From Planctomycetota bacterium (GTDB lineage Bacteria; Planctomycetota; PLA2; JAEUHO01): a DNA stretch of 64,000 nt. This document shows positions 38,750 through 48,389 of this stretch, piece by piece (position 1 is the stretch's first letter; each line of letters begins with the position of its first letter). A program made the position numbers and the translations under genes. The stretch is taken from contig CBDCWP010000034.1 of assembly GCA_965223505.1 (NCBI GenBank), positions 1 through 64,000 on the forward strand. Direction: 5' to 3'. Below the pieces are notes generated by a model. That model made no database searches, had not been told where the DNA came from, and saw only the letters and a list, made by a program, of their open reading frames with translations.

Positions 38750-41430
38750 CGACGAGAGACGACTCCGAACCGATCAAGATCTACCTCGACGACCAGACCG
38801 AGCCGTTCAAGGTCGCGCAGCCGCCGTTGCGCTTCAACTTCAACACGATCCAGCTACCCGACGGTCCGCACACGCTGCGCGTCGAGGCGAGCAACGGCCT
38901 CGCGCCGCCGACCATCAAGGAGATCCCGTTCCGCGTTCGCAACGGCGTCGCGCTCACCGTCTCCGGCCTCGAGCAGGAGCAGACGATCAGCGGACAGGTC
39001 GAGCTCATCATCAATGCGTATGCGGGGAGTACGGAAGTCGACTTCGAGCCGCGCCGCGCGGAGACGCCGCAGCCCGTTCCGACGTGGGCCTGGGTGCTGC
39101 TGCTCGCCGTCATCGCGTGGACGATGTTCTATCTGATCAATCCCGAGCGCGCCGCGCCCGATGCGACGGCGGCGGTGGATCGTGCGTCGCCCGCGGTGGG
39201 GGAGCGCATCTACGTCGACACGTGCGCACGCTGCCACGGCGAGGACGGACGCGGGCGCGGTGACGCGAGAAACTCGGGTATGCGCGTCCCGCGGCTTCGC
39301 GACGACAAGAAGTACGCGCTGGCCGACAGCCCGTTCGACCTGCTCACGAAGGTCGTGTTGGGCGAGCGTCCCTCGGAGGACGACGACGCGATTCCGGATC
39401 CCGACGTGATCGACATTCCGACCGTGATCATGCCCAACTGGGGGCCGATCCTCACGAACGAGGAGATCGTCGCCGTCGTCAATTACACGCGCACCTCGTG
39501 GGGCCACGACGCCTCGACGATCACGCTCGAGCACCGGCGCCCGCCGCGTGAGATCGAGAAGCTCGAAGAGCGGATGAAGGACGCGATCGAGAACAAGAAC
39601 GCGAACGGCGAGCTCGGCGACTGCTGCTGGCCCAAGTCGCGGCGCGGGCGGCCGCCGATCCTGTTCCGCACCGACGGCGTCCTCGCGCGCGGCCAGCAGG
39701 CGGTCGAAGACGCCTGGAACCGGTACTTCGAGGACCTGGGCACCGGCAAGATCACCCAGTTCGTCCTCACGGAGGAGCGCTACGACTACGACCGCAACAC
39801 GGTGAACCAGGACAAGAGCAAGGTGATCGGCATGGGCCGCATCTTCATCGAGGCGGTCGCGCACAACGGCCAGCCCTACTCGCAGAACGGCCGCTTCATC
39901 CGCGTGTACGAGAACCGGGTGGACAAGGCAGGCAAGGTGAACTGGTCGTTGATCTTCGATTTCGCGGACATCGACATGCGCATCGGCTGCGACGTCGAGA
40001 TCGACCCGGACTGTCCGCCGGACGAGCTGCAGCCGACGGCAGAGTCCCGGATCGCCGCGCTCTTGAAGCAGGCCGACGGCCAGGCGCGCGGCTACGAGGA
40101 CATCCAGGAGATGTTCCGCGCCCTGGGGCGCAAGCCGGTCGCGTCCACGCACGAGCTGTTCTGGGAGCTCGACTACGCGGACTTCATCGAGCTCGAGTTC
40201 CCCTACAGCTGGGACGAGCCCGACCACATCATCAAGCTGGTCGAGCCTTACGACGCCGGCGCGTCGAACCTCATTCGGGCGCTGCTGCCCAACGAGATGG
40301 TCATCGTGAAGCTCGAGAGCGGCGCGACGACGCACAAGCCTGTCGAGCGGATGCCGAAGCGCGGTCCGTATCTCGACGACATCTCGACGGCGAACGTGGC
40401 CGCGTGGGTGCAGGCGGGGTGTCCGGAGTTCGCGGACAAGCCGTCGGCGATCCCGATGCCGGAGGGCAAGGACGAGCCGAACGGTGCCGAGCCGAATGGC
40501 AAGGAGCCGCCGCCGGGACCGTCCACCGGCGACCTCGGCTGGGAAGGCGTCAAGCAGCTGTTGGCGGACCTGAAGACGAAGGCGCCGGCGTCGCCGCACG
40601 GCGACTTCTGGAAGGACCTGAGCTACGACGAGTTCATCGAGTTCGCGTTTCCCCAGGAGTGGGGCGATGAGGGGTTGATCAAGCTGGTGATTCCGTGGGA
40701 CGGGGCGAACTCGAACCTCATCAAGGGGTTGCGCGACGGGAAGAACATCACGCTCACGATGCCGGACGGCACGACGAAGACGACGTCGGTGAAGCGGATG
40801 CCGAAAAACAAGCCGCCGATGTCGCCTGAGGACATCCAGCGTTTGATCGACTGGATCGACAAGGGATGTCCGGAGAAGGCGGGCGCGCCGTCGAAGTGGC
40901 CGAAGCCGGGTGCGACGGACACGGAGAAGCCGCCGAAGGAGCCGCCGCCCGACACGCCCGAGCCGCCGTCGGATGCGCCGCCGCCGCCCCCGCCGGGTCC
41001 TGATCCGGAGCCGCCGGTCGCGGACGCAGGCGAGAAGCCGGTGATCGACATCGGGTTCGCGCGGATCCAGGAGATCTTCAAGGCGTTGAAGCGCAAGGCG
41101 CCGGCGGCTGCGCACGGCAACTTCTGGAAGGACCTGAGCTACCAGGAGTTCGTGGCGTTCGAGTTCCCGATGGAGTGGGGCGAGGACGACATGATCAAGC
41201 TGTTGAAGCCGTACGATGCCGAGGGTTCGAATCTGATCCGGGCGTTGCGGGACGGCAAGGGCGTGGTGCTGACGGCGCCGGACGGGAGTACGCGGACGGT
41301 GAACATCGAGCGGATGCCGAAGGGTCGGCCGCCGATGGATCCTGCGCATCTGGCCGAGGTGATCAAGTGGGTGAACGCGGGGTGTCCGGAGCATTCGGGC
41401 AAGCCGTCGGCGTTGCCCAGGCCGAAGTGA
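38746..41430 (+). CDS. Multidomain cytochrome c: Ig-like domain, TM, class I cytochrome c, NTF2-like domain and three tandem ~113-aa repeats
   Basis: CARCHG..MPNWG heme domain; repeats H-x-x-FW..SNLI..RMPK..W-x-x-x-GCPE at 40090-40428, 40537-40875 and 41053-41391. Confidence 0.85.
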   Translation: MTTRDDSEPIKIYLDDQTEPFKVAQPPLRFNFNTIQLPDGPHTLRVEASNGLAPPTIKEIPFRVRNGVALTVSGLEQEQTISGQVELIINAYAGSTEVDFEPRRAETPQPVPTWAWVLLLAVIAWTMFYLINPERAAPDATAAVDRASPAVGERIYVDTCARCHGEDGRGRGDARNSGMRVPRLRDDKKYALADSPFDLLTKVVLGERPSEDDDAIPDPDVIDIPTVIMPNWGPILTNEEIVAVVNYTRTSWGHDASTITLEHRRPPREIEKLEERMKDAIENKNANGELGDCCWPKSRRGRPPILFRTDGVLARGQQAVEDAWNRYFEDLGTGKITQFVLTEERYDYDRNTVNQDKSKVIGMGRIFIEAVAHNGQPYSQNGRFIRVYENRVDKAGKVNWSLIFDFADIDMRIGCDVEIDPDCPPDELQPTAESRIAALLKQADGQARGYEDIQEMFRALGRKPVASTHELFWELDYADFIELEFPYSWDEPDHIIKLVEPYDAGASNLIRALLPNEMVIVKLESGATTHKPVERMPKRGPYLDDISTANVAAWVQAGCPEFADKPSAIPMPEGKDEPNGAEPNGKEPPPGPSTGDLGWEGVKQLLADLKTKAPASPHGDFWKDLSYDEFIEFAFPQEWGDEGLIKLVIPWDGANSNLIKGLRDGKNITLTMPDGTTKTTSVKRMPKNKPPMSPEDIQRLIDWIDKGCPEKAGAPSKWPKPGATDTEKPPKEPPPDTPEPPSDAPPPPPPGPDPEPPVADAGEKPVIDIGFARIQEIFKALKRKAPAAAHGNFWKDLSYQEFVAFEFPMEWGEDDMIKLLKPYDAEGSNLIRALRDGKGVVLTAPDGSTRTVNIERMPKGRPPMDPAHLAEVIKWVNAGCPEHSGKPSALPRPK

Positions 41431-41450
41431 CCGGCGGCGTGGTGGGCGCT

Positions 41451-41542
41451 GTATGGGCGGCCCTTGTGACCGCCCGCGACCGGCGTGCTGCATGCGGCGA
41501 GCGCAGTTGCCGTAGGGGCGGGGCTTGACCCCGCCCGCGACC
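41451..41542 (+). repeat. Pair of GTAG-type REP-like palindromes
   Basis: GTATGGGCGGCCCTTGTGACCGCCCGCGACC and GTAGGGGCGGGGCTTGACCCCGCCCGCGACC; related to the 32238-32355 units. Confidence 0.75.
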
Positions 41543-41567
41543 TGTTTCGGTCCGCTCGGGCGCGGAC

Positions 41568-41595
41568 TTGGCAAAGGCGGGGGAGGGTGTACGCT
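41568..41595 (+). promoter_or_regulatory. Probable sigma70 promoter of tRNA-Lys
   Basis: TTGGCA-N16-TACGCT about 20 bp before the tRNA. Confidence 0.5.
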
Positions 41596-41616
41596 CTCGC
41601 CCGCGTTTGACAGGGT

Positions 41617-41692
41617 GCCCGCTTAGCTCAGTCGGTAGAGCATCGGATTCTTAATCCGCAGGTCCTAGGTTCGAGCCCTAGAGCGGGTACCA
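41617..41692 (+). tRNA. tRNA-Lys(CTT)
   Basis: GCCCGCT/AGCGGGT acceptor, AGCTCAGTCGGTAGAGC D-arm, TTCTTAA loop, CTAGG-TTCGAGC-CCTAG T-arm, encoded CCA. Confidence 0.95.
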
Positions 41693-41832
41693 GTCGACCC
41701 ACTGGATGCTTGACGGCGCATCGCCGCCCGTGTGTCCCATTCCTCGACCTCGCACGGTGAGGTCAGTGCGCCATTTGCCGTCCGAAGAACGAACAGAAGA
41801 GCGCTCCGCATCCTCCGTGCAAGTCAGCGCAG

Positions 41833-42645
41833 GTGCTGCATGCGATAGACTTCGCCGGCGTGGGCTCCGTGATCACCATTAATCAGCAGGACGCGATCTT
41901 CACCAGTCGCGGATTGGCTGGGGTGTTGGGAGAGGGGATCGCCGATGCTCTGGAGAACGTCAACCCGGGGTTGCTCGACCAGCTGAAGCATCAGTTGAGG
42001 AACGCGGACAGTGACATGCTGTCGTTCGCCCACCTAAAACCCAATGAGTTCAATGACGTAGTTCTGTCGGTTTTGGCACACGCCGACCGTCTCGTCGTTG
42101 ACCACGTAGCTCCCGACGCACTGAACCCGCTGTTCTTCGATCGCTACTGTGAGCTTGTGCTCGACTTTGAGAATCGGGTGCTTCGAGACCCTCGCCTGCG
42201 TGAGGTCAAGGAGCTTGCCCTGCTACGCCGGGGGCGTGGCAGTAGACGCTCCGGTTCACACTCACCAAGCGACGAAGAAGTAGCGGTTGCATTCACACGC
42301 TTTGTCGCCGGATTTGGAGAGCGGAAGCGCCTACGAATGCTGACGGCGATGGCTTGTGCGCGGGTGCGACCAACTGCGTTCAAAATTGCGGTTGAGCGAT
42401 TGTCCCGCGAAGATCCCTCCAACTGCGTACGGAATTTCGCAAGAGGCGTTCTCAAGGGCCGTTGGTGGTTCCGACTCAGGCACTTGAGCGATGTGACGAC
42501 CGCCTGGCGTCTCGTTGGAGCCGTCGTGCTCATGGCATTCGGTGTCTGGGGCGCGTTCATCTTGCCGCCGGGATCGGTTCTGTGGTGGATGTGCGCGGCA
42601 ATGGTCGTAGCGCCGCCGGTTTGGCGGCTGTGTGGCAAGGTGTGA
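41833..42645 (+). CDS. Hypothetical protein with two C-terminal TM helices
   Basis: 270-codon ORF with visibly more AT-rich codons than flanking core genes. Confidence 0.5.
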   Translation: MLHAIDFAGVGSVITINQQDAIFTSRGLAGVLGEGIADALENVNPGLLDQLKHQLRNADSDMLSFAHLKPNEFNDVVLSVLAHADRLVVDHVAPDALNPLFFDRYCELVLDFENRVLRDPRLREVKELALLRRGRGSRRSGSHSPSDEEVAVAFTRFVAGFGERKRLRMLTAMACARVRPTAFKIAVERLSREDPSNCVRNFARGVLKGRWWFRLRHLSDVTTAWRLVGAVVLMAFGVWGAFILPPGSVLWWMCAAMVVAPPVWRLCGKV

Positions 42646-43089
42646 TTCTGGATTCGAGTTTGCCCAGCGCCGTTGCCGTGCCCGCCGACATACGGTACCG
42701 GGTTCTTTCTTTCGGCCACGCCATGCGTTCGCGGCGATCCGGCCAACGAAACCGGCGGCGGAGTATTTTCACTCGGAAGATGTCCGACGTTGGAACAAGT
42801 AGTACTCGGGGGTTCCCGGATCCCCGGTTCCCCTGAGAGCGAGGACGTCCTCAGTGAGCACAAACAACGGGAAACGGCGACCCGCAAGATGACCATCTTT
42901 GTACTCCAGGTAGCCCTCCGTGCCGCTATCCAAGCGCCACTTGACGACCAGCCAGTCGAGACGGCCCCCCGTCAATCGCAGTCGGCCTAGGCCGAGCGTG
43001 TGGCGCGGTCGGCGATTCGGTTCATGCGGGCCAAGTGAGCGCCTTGCCGATCGCAGGGAGAGCTAGGCGGCGCCATACAATGCCCGCCT

Positions 43090-43386
43090 GTGAAGCACTA
43101 CGTAGGGAACAAGGTCGTGGACCGTCGGTCTCGCCAGCAGCAGAGGGATGTCCTCCTCACGATTGCCATCGTTCTCGGCGTCATACTCCCGCTGCTCGTG
43201 ATATTCGCCGTGCGCAGCGACGAGAAGTGGAAGTGGGTCGCGGCGGCGGTGGAGGTCGGCGCGTGGTTCTTCGTGTGTAGGTGTGGCGTTACGCCGCAGG
43301 GGAGAGCGCGCAAGTGGAAGCGGCGCCATAGACGACGGGCCATGAATGCCGCTGATAAGAGCGCGAAGGCTAGAGAGCCCGGGTAG
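43090..43386 (+). CDS. Small hypothetical membrane protein
   Basis: Two hydrophobic helices; TACAAT just upstream of the GTG. Confidence 0.45.
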   Translation: MKHYVGNKVVDRRSRQQQRDVLLTIAIVLGVILPLLVIFAVRSDEKWKWVAAAVEVGAWFFVCRCGVTPQGRARKWKRRHRRRAMNAADKSAKAREPG

Positions 43387-43429
43387 AGTTGCCTTTGCCC
43401 GATACCGGTAGTCATTCACTCCGCAGCAG

Positions 43430-43690
43430 ATGCAAGATGCGCCAGTGGACCCCAAGCTCGACTTCCCTTGCAGAGTCGTCTGCATCAGCGACCGGGCCTA
43501 CCTTGCCAGCGACGAGGAGGGGAACTTGCGCGCGCCTGGCCCGAACGACCGGCTGAGCGTGTGCTGACGGTCGGGAAGGTCTACGAAGTAGTCGGCGAGC
43601 ACCTCGGGATGTACGCGATCATCGATGACACTGGCGAGAGTTTCTTCCCCAAGAGCCGCTTCCGCCACGTCTCCGCGCTCCCCCGAGAGC
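43430..43690 (+). pseudogene. Frameshifted small SH3-like protein
   Basis: MQDAP..CRVVCISDRAY in one frame joins VLTVGKVYEVV..YAIIDDTGESFFPKSRF in another near 43550. Confidence 0.5.
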
Positions 43691-44076
43691 GGCAAGTAGC
43701 GCCACCCTACCGCCCGAGATGTACTGCTGAACGGAAGACGGAATCTTGCCCCGGTGGTCCGCGTCCCACGTGCGCCGGAGCAGGAACATGTGCACAGTAA
43801 TGGCGCTCCTCCGTCTACTGGTCTCGTCCCTACTGGTTGTGCTCGGCTCCGTCTGTGGGGCTGGTGGGCGCTTCAATCGATTGCCGGCATTGCTGGCGGG
43901 CTCCTCTACGGTCTCCCCGCGGGCTCGCATTTCGGTGGTTACCCCTACGAGCGGGGCCATCCTGGGCTTCTACCGGCTAACTGAGCGGTGGGAAACCGTC
44001 GTGGAGTAGCCTTCGCCCGAGAGCAGCGAGTAGCGCGACCTCGTACCTGCGCTCGTGTGTCCGTAAGATGCGGCGC

Positions 44077-44373
44077 ATGTCTGAGCCCTGGGAGTCCCTC
44101 CGCGTTGGCGACCGCATCCGCATTGTGCAGATGCCCAGCGGCGTCGACGCGCCGGGCTACGTCTTCTCGCGCTGCACGCGGTGGCTCTACGAGAAGCTCA
44201 TCGAGCGAGGCCGTTCACTGCGCATCGCCGAGATCGATGAGTACGGCCTTCCGTGGATTCACTGCAGGTTCCGGCAGGCTGACCAGACGTGGGAACACCA
44301 CTTTCTCGCCGTGAACGACGACAGTTGGGTGCAAGTACGGCACCGCCGCGACCGGAAGACCAGCGCCCGCTGA
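44077..44373 (+). CDS. Small hypothetical protein
   Basis: LRVGDRIRIV..LRIAEIDEYGLPWI; protein-like composition. Confidence 0.6.
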   Translation: MSEPWESLRVGDRIRIVQMPSGVDAPGYVFSRCTRWLYEKLIERGRSLRIAEIDEYGLPWIHCRFRQADQTWEHHFLAVNDDSWVQVRHRRDRKTSAR

Positions 44374-44494
44374 CGCCACGGCTCCGCGAGATTCGCGCAT
44401 CGGGCATGGTGTTCCGCAGCGTCTCGGTCAAGCCTCGGGCTCGACGTGGCGGCGGATGCTATCCTCACCCTACTGGTCTTGCAGGGGTGTCAAC

Positions 44495-45505
44495 ATGCCG
44501 TCGCGCGCCGTCTGGATCGTCGTTCTTCTCGTCCTCGTAGCGCCCCCGGCCCGCGCGGATGAAGCGTTCAAGGTGGGGTTGACAGTTACGAAGTCACTCG
44601 TCGTCGAGCGCACGTGGGTCTTCTGCGACGAAGAGACACTCGGCGCGTTCGCCATCGGCAAGAGCGGTGAACGAACGGTCTGGGTGAAGTTCAAGATCCC
44701 GTTTCGTTGGGCGATCGCAAGCCACGTCAAGCCGGGCACCCAGCTGGACTTCCGCGGCAAGGTGAAGGGCCCGCGAATCGGCGAGATCGACGCCGTTCAG
44801 GTCGACGACGCCGAGCTGATTGCCGTCGGCGGCCGGCCGCTTGCAAAGCTCGGCGCGGGCGTCGACTACGCGTCGTTTCGGGACGGGGTCTTCGACACCC
44901 GTCTCGCGCAAAGCAAGCGACTCGAGAACTGGAATGCGCTCAAAGGCAAGCGATTTACCGACGTCGGTGTCGTGCGGCGTGTCAAGGATGACGGGAAGTC
45001 GCTGGAGCTGGATTTCGTGTCCGGCGCCGGTACGCACGGTCGAATTACCATCGGTCGTCGACTCAGCGACGATGAGGTGACGAACCAGTACCTGCCACAG
45101 GCGCACGTCCTGGTGGCGGGTATCATCGAGGACTACGTGTTCCGCACCAAGACCGTCGTGGTCAAGGGGACTGACACAGCGGCGATTCCCAACAAGACGG
45201 GGGTCTGGCCGGAGGGGCAGGGAGCGACTCGGGGTCGAGCGCACGTCATGGGCGTCGGCGACATCTGCGAGGCGACCGATGAGATCGCCCTCTTCAGGGA
45301 CATGGAGTTCACCACCAAGATGGAGGCGCGCGAGAAGCTCGTCGGCACCCTCGCGAAGGGCGAGCGGTTCGAGATTCGGCGCTCCGACGGCTTCTTCGAG
45401 GTGGACTTCTTCATCGTGAGCCACAAGAACCCTCAGCTGCGGGGCTGGGCAAGCAAGGCGCTCGTCGAGAAGGCCGCCAAGATCGTTCGTGCAGGCGGCG
45501 CGTGA
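44495..45505 (+). CDS. Secreted hypothetical protein (possible OB-fold domains and C-terminal SH3-like domain)
   Basis: Signal peptide ending ARA; VGTLAKGERFEI..LRGWAS SH3-like segment. Confidence 0.65.
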   Translation: MPSRAVWIVVLLVLVAPPARADEAFKVGLTVTKSLVVERTWVFCDEETLGAFAIGKSGERTVWVKFKIPFRWAIASHVKPGTQLDFRGKVKGPRIGEIDAVQVDDAELIAVGGRPLAKLGAGVDYASFRDGVFDTRLAQSKRLENWNALKGKRFTDVGVVRRVKDDGKSLELDFVSGAGTHGRITIGRRLSDDEVTNQYLPQAHVLVAGIIEDYVFRTKTVVVKGTDTAAIPNKTGVWPEGQGATRGRAHVMGVGDICEATDEIALFRDMEFTTKMEAREKLVGTLAKGERFEIRRSDGFFEVDFFIVSHKNPQLRGWASKALVEKAAKIVRAGGA

Positions 45506-45571
45506 GCAAATCCGCACGACCGAACCGCCTCTTCCATGCACCCATACGACTCGGCGCGACCGGATCTCGTC

Positions 45572-46294
45572 CTAGACGAGCTCGTCGGCGAGGGCGTCGA
45601 GCAGACTACCGCCGTCGCCCCTCCACGCGGATCCGTGCATGCAGGCAAGGACCTGCGGTCGCGTGTCGATCAGCTTGTCGAAGAGCGCGCGCGCGTTCTT
45701 CGTGTGCGAGTAGTAGTCCATGTTTGCCTGCATGGCGAGCGACGGACCGAGGATGTCCCGTTCGGTCACGGGAGCGTGCTCCTGGCCGCCCTGCGTGAAC
45801 AGGTCACCGCAGAGCAGCGTCCGCGTTTTCGCCTCGAACAAATACCCGCATTCCCAGCCGTGAGGCAGGTGAGGCGTGTCGAGCCAGCGCAGGCGGTGGC
45901 GGCCGACATCGAGCTCCTCGCCATCGGCCATTGCACGCGCCGGCCGATCCGCCACGTCGTCGATCGAGACCATCGCGGCGATCCGGCTGCAGAGCGGCAC
46001 CGCGTTGGGTGCGGCAGCGAGGAACTCGTTCATCGCCCCGCACTCGTCGGCTTCGAAGTGCGAAAGGCCCACATACCGCAAGCGTTCGAGCGGCAGCACC
46101 CTGCTCACGGCCTCGGAGACGAGCGGGAACAACTTGCGCGGTCCAGTATGAAAGAGCACCGGCTCCTCGTCGTCGATCAGGTACTGGTTGAACGTGAATC
46201 CACCAGGGATCGCCTCCGGGGGGATTGGCGTGCTGATGCGATAGATGCCGTTTGTGATCTCGTCGACCCGCGTACTGCTTGTGTTCGTCGTCAT
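45572..46294 (-). CDS. Stand-alone metallo-beta-lactamase-fold protein (flavodiiron/ODP-like)
   Basis: FNQYLIDDEEP, SHFEADECG, TPHLPHGW, CGDLF, MHG. Confidence 0.88.
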   Translation of the reverse strand: MTTNTSSTRVDEITNGIYRISTPIPPEAIPGGFTFNQYLIDDEEPVLFHTGPRKLFPLVSEAVSRVLPLERLRYVGLSHFEADECGAMNEFLAAAPNAVPLCSRIAAMVSIDDVADRPARAMADGEELDVGRHRLRWLDTPHLPHGWECGYLFEAKTRTLLCGDLFTQGGQEHAPVTERDILGPSLAMQANMDYYSHTKNARALFDKLIDTRPQVLACMHGSAWRGDGGSLLDALADELV

Positions 46295-46404
46295 GTGTAC
46301 ACGGTACCGGGTTTCCTGCCTCAGCTACACCCATGGGGCGTTCGCTGGATCGGGCCTACCCCGGATATCGAGCGCTCGAGAGAAACCCGGTACGGTATTG
46401 CGGA

Positions 46405-48255
46405 CTAGCGCAGGGCGACCACGAGCACGTCCTGCTGTGCCTGCGCGATGTTCGCCTGGTTGAAGAGCACGGCGCCTCGGCCCAGGGCATCCACTTCGAT
46501 CGCGAGCCCCGACACGTTGATGCCCGGGATCGCCGCCGAGAGCGGCTCGTCGGGACCGGACGTCGCGTCCGATGCGAGGCGGCGCATCGCCACGTGACTG
46601 CCCTGGCTCGGGTCGAGCGGGTCGTTGTGCACGGTATAGGCGACGAAGCCGCCCCCGCCGGCATCGATCGTCACACTCGGTGTCAGCTGCGGCCCGGCAG
46701 TCAGGGGCGTCGGCTCCGACGGCAGGTCGGCCGCCGACCATGCAACCGTGTGCAAGAACGACGGCCCGGCACTGAACAGCACGATCAGCAGGTCGCCACG
46801 TGCATTCGCAGCCACCGTCCCGAGGCCACGATCGCCCAGGCCGGCGCCCAGAGGCTCCGCTGGTCCGAAGCCGGTGGCCGGATCCAGGCGCGAACCGAAG
46901 GCGCTATGAGAGCCCTGCACGTCCTGCTCGGTCCAGAGCACGACACCGCTCTGCGCCGCCCCGGTCGCTCGCAACCGAGAGATGGAGAGCGCCTCGCCGA
47001 GCACTCGAGCACCGCTCCACTGCGGTGTCGTCGGCGTTCCGAAGACGGCCAGGACGCTCTCTGTCTGTCCGAGTGCATCGACCTCTTGCCAAGCGACGAC
47101 GGCCTCTCCGTTGGCGTCGACGGTCGACGACGTGACGCTGGGGACGTCACCGGGCCGATTCTCGAGAGGCACCGGGGCAAGGGAGGTGGCGTTCGAGATG
47201 CCGGCCGCCATGACGGTGAAGTCGAACACGCCGACCTCGTCGACCCAGGCGATGACGCCGCTGCCGTTCTCGTTCATCGCGAGCGAGAGTCCGAGCGCCG
47301 GCAGCCCGCTGCTCAGATCGTCGACGAGAAGGGGGCCGGTGGGGCTGCTTCGCACCGCCCGACGCACCAGCGCGTCGCCGCCGATCACCGGCTCTTCGAG
47401 CCACGTGATGACGCTCGCTCCCGTGCTGGTGACTGCGGGGATGGGCCGGCCGGCGCCACGCGTCAGCGCGTCCTCGAGCGGCTGCACGTCCCATGTGAGC
47501 GTCGTGGGATCGAAGAACGCCGCATAGGCGTCCGGCCCGGCCGGCGTGACGACGCGCCACACCGCCGTGGCATGTCCGTTCGCGGCCACCGCAAGCGAGT
47601 TCGGCGCGACGTTCAATGTTGCGGGAGCCGACTGGAGAAGCTCGGGCATCCCGGTCGGCAGTCCTTCCTCGAACCGCTGGGCGACGATGTCTCGACCACC
47701 GGGAACCAGCCGAACGTACAAGGCGACGCCGCTCCCGTCCCGCGCGAGCCGAAATGCAACGGCCCCGGTGATCTCGGGATCCGTCTCGAGCGGCGAAGGT
47801 GGAAGCGCCACCGCCGACCGCGTGTCGAATGCGAAGACGAAGGGGTTTTGACGCTCGTTGGCCTGCAGGTCGCGCACGCCCGCGGCGAGGGTGACTTGCG
47901 TTCTCGCCGCGAAGCGAAGCGGTAGCTGTGGCGTGAACACCACGGTGCGGTCGTTGTCTTCGAACGTGATCGTGCCGTCGATCGGCGCGTTGTCGGTGGC
48001 AGCGGTCAGTGTGCCGGGCTGCACGCTGGTCGTGTCGATCGGTACCGCAAACCTCAGTCGGATCGCCGTGGTCGGGTCGATGCCGACCGCGTCGACGGCG
48101 GGATCCACCGAGACGATGCGCGGGTCTTCGCCGTCGTTGACCACAGACTCGATGTCGGCCCCTCCGCCTCCGCCGCCGCATCCGCAAAGGCACATGAGGA
48201 ACATCGGCAGGCAAGCGAACATGAGGGCGGCGCGCAGGATGCGGGGAAGGATCAT
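46405..48255 (-). CDS. Lipoprotein with Big_5 Ig-like domain and beta-repeat C-terminus
   Basis: LCGC-GGGGGG lipobox; PRIVSVDP..IRLRF..VFTP..GVRDL.N..FAFDT; repeated G.A.VAW.E units. Confidence 0.8.
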   Translation of the reverse strand: MILPRILRAALMFACLPMFLMCLCGCGGGGGGADIESVVNDGEDPRIVSVDPAVDAVGIDPTTAIRLRFAVPIDTTSVQPGTLTAATDNAPIDGTITFEDNDRTVVFTPQLPLRFAARTQVTLAAGVRDLQANERQNPFVFAFDTRSAVALPPSPLETDPEITGAVAFRLARDGSGVALYVRLVPGGRDIVAQRFEEGLPTGMPELLQSAPATLNVAPNSLAVAANGHATAVWRVVTPAGPDAYAAFFDPTTLTWDVQPLEDALTRGAGRPIPAVTSTGASVITWLEEPVIGGDALVRRAVRSSPTGPLLVDDLSSGLPALGLSLAMNENGSGVIAWVDEVGVFDFTVMAAGISNATSLAPVPLENRPGDVPSVTSSTVDANGEAVVAWQEVDALGQTESVLAVFGTPTTPQWSGARVLGEALSISRLRATGAAQSGVVLWTEQDVQGSHSAFGSRLDPATGFGPAEPLGAGLGDRGLGTVAANARGDLLIVLFSAGPSFLHTVAWSAADLPSEPTPLTAGPQLTPSVTIDAGGGGFVAYTVHNDPLDPSQGSHVAMRRLASDATSGPDEPLSAAIPGINVSGLAIEVDALGRGAVLFNQANIAQAQQDVLVVALR

Positions 48256-48389
48256 CTGAGGTCTCCTCTGGGCCCTACGAGTGGGCCCCTAGGAGCGGAA
48301 CTCCCATTCGTCCTTTCAATTCGTCGCCCGCGCTCGGTTTTCGTCCAATGGGGATCCCCGGTGTCGAACGACCTCGTACACGACGGCGC

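Noticed and set aside
41700..45500. Integron cassette array
   Set aside because: No repeated attC-like RYYYAAC..GTTRRRY palindromes and no intI found by eye
48270..48300. gcccctaggagcgg as a possible attR copy of the tRNA-Lys 3' end
   Set aside because: Short gapped match only, with no integrase
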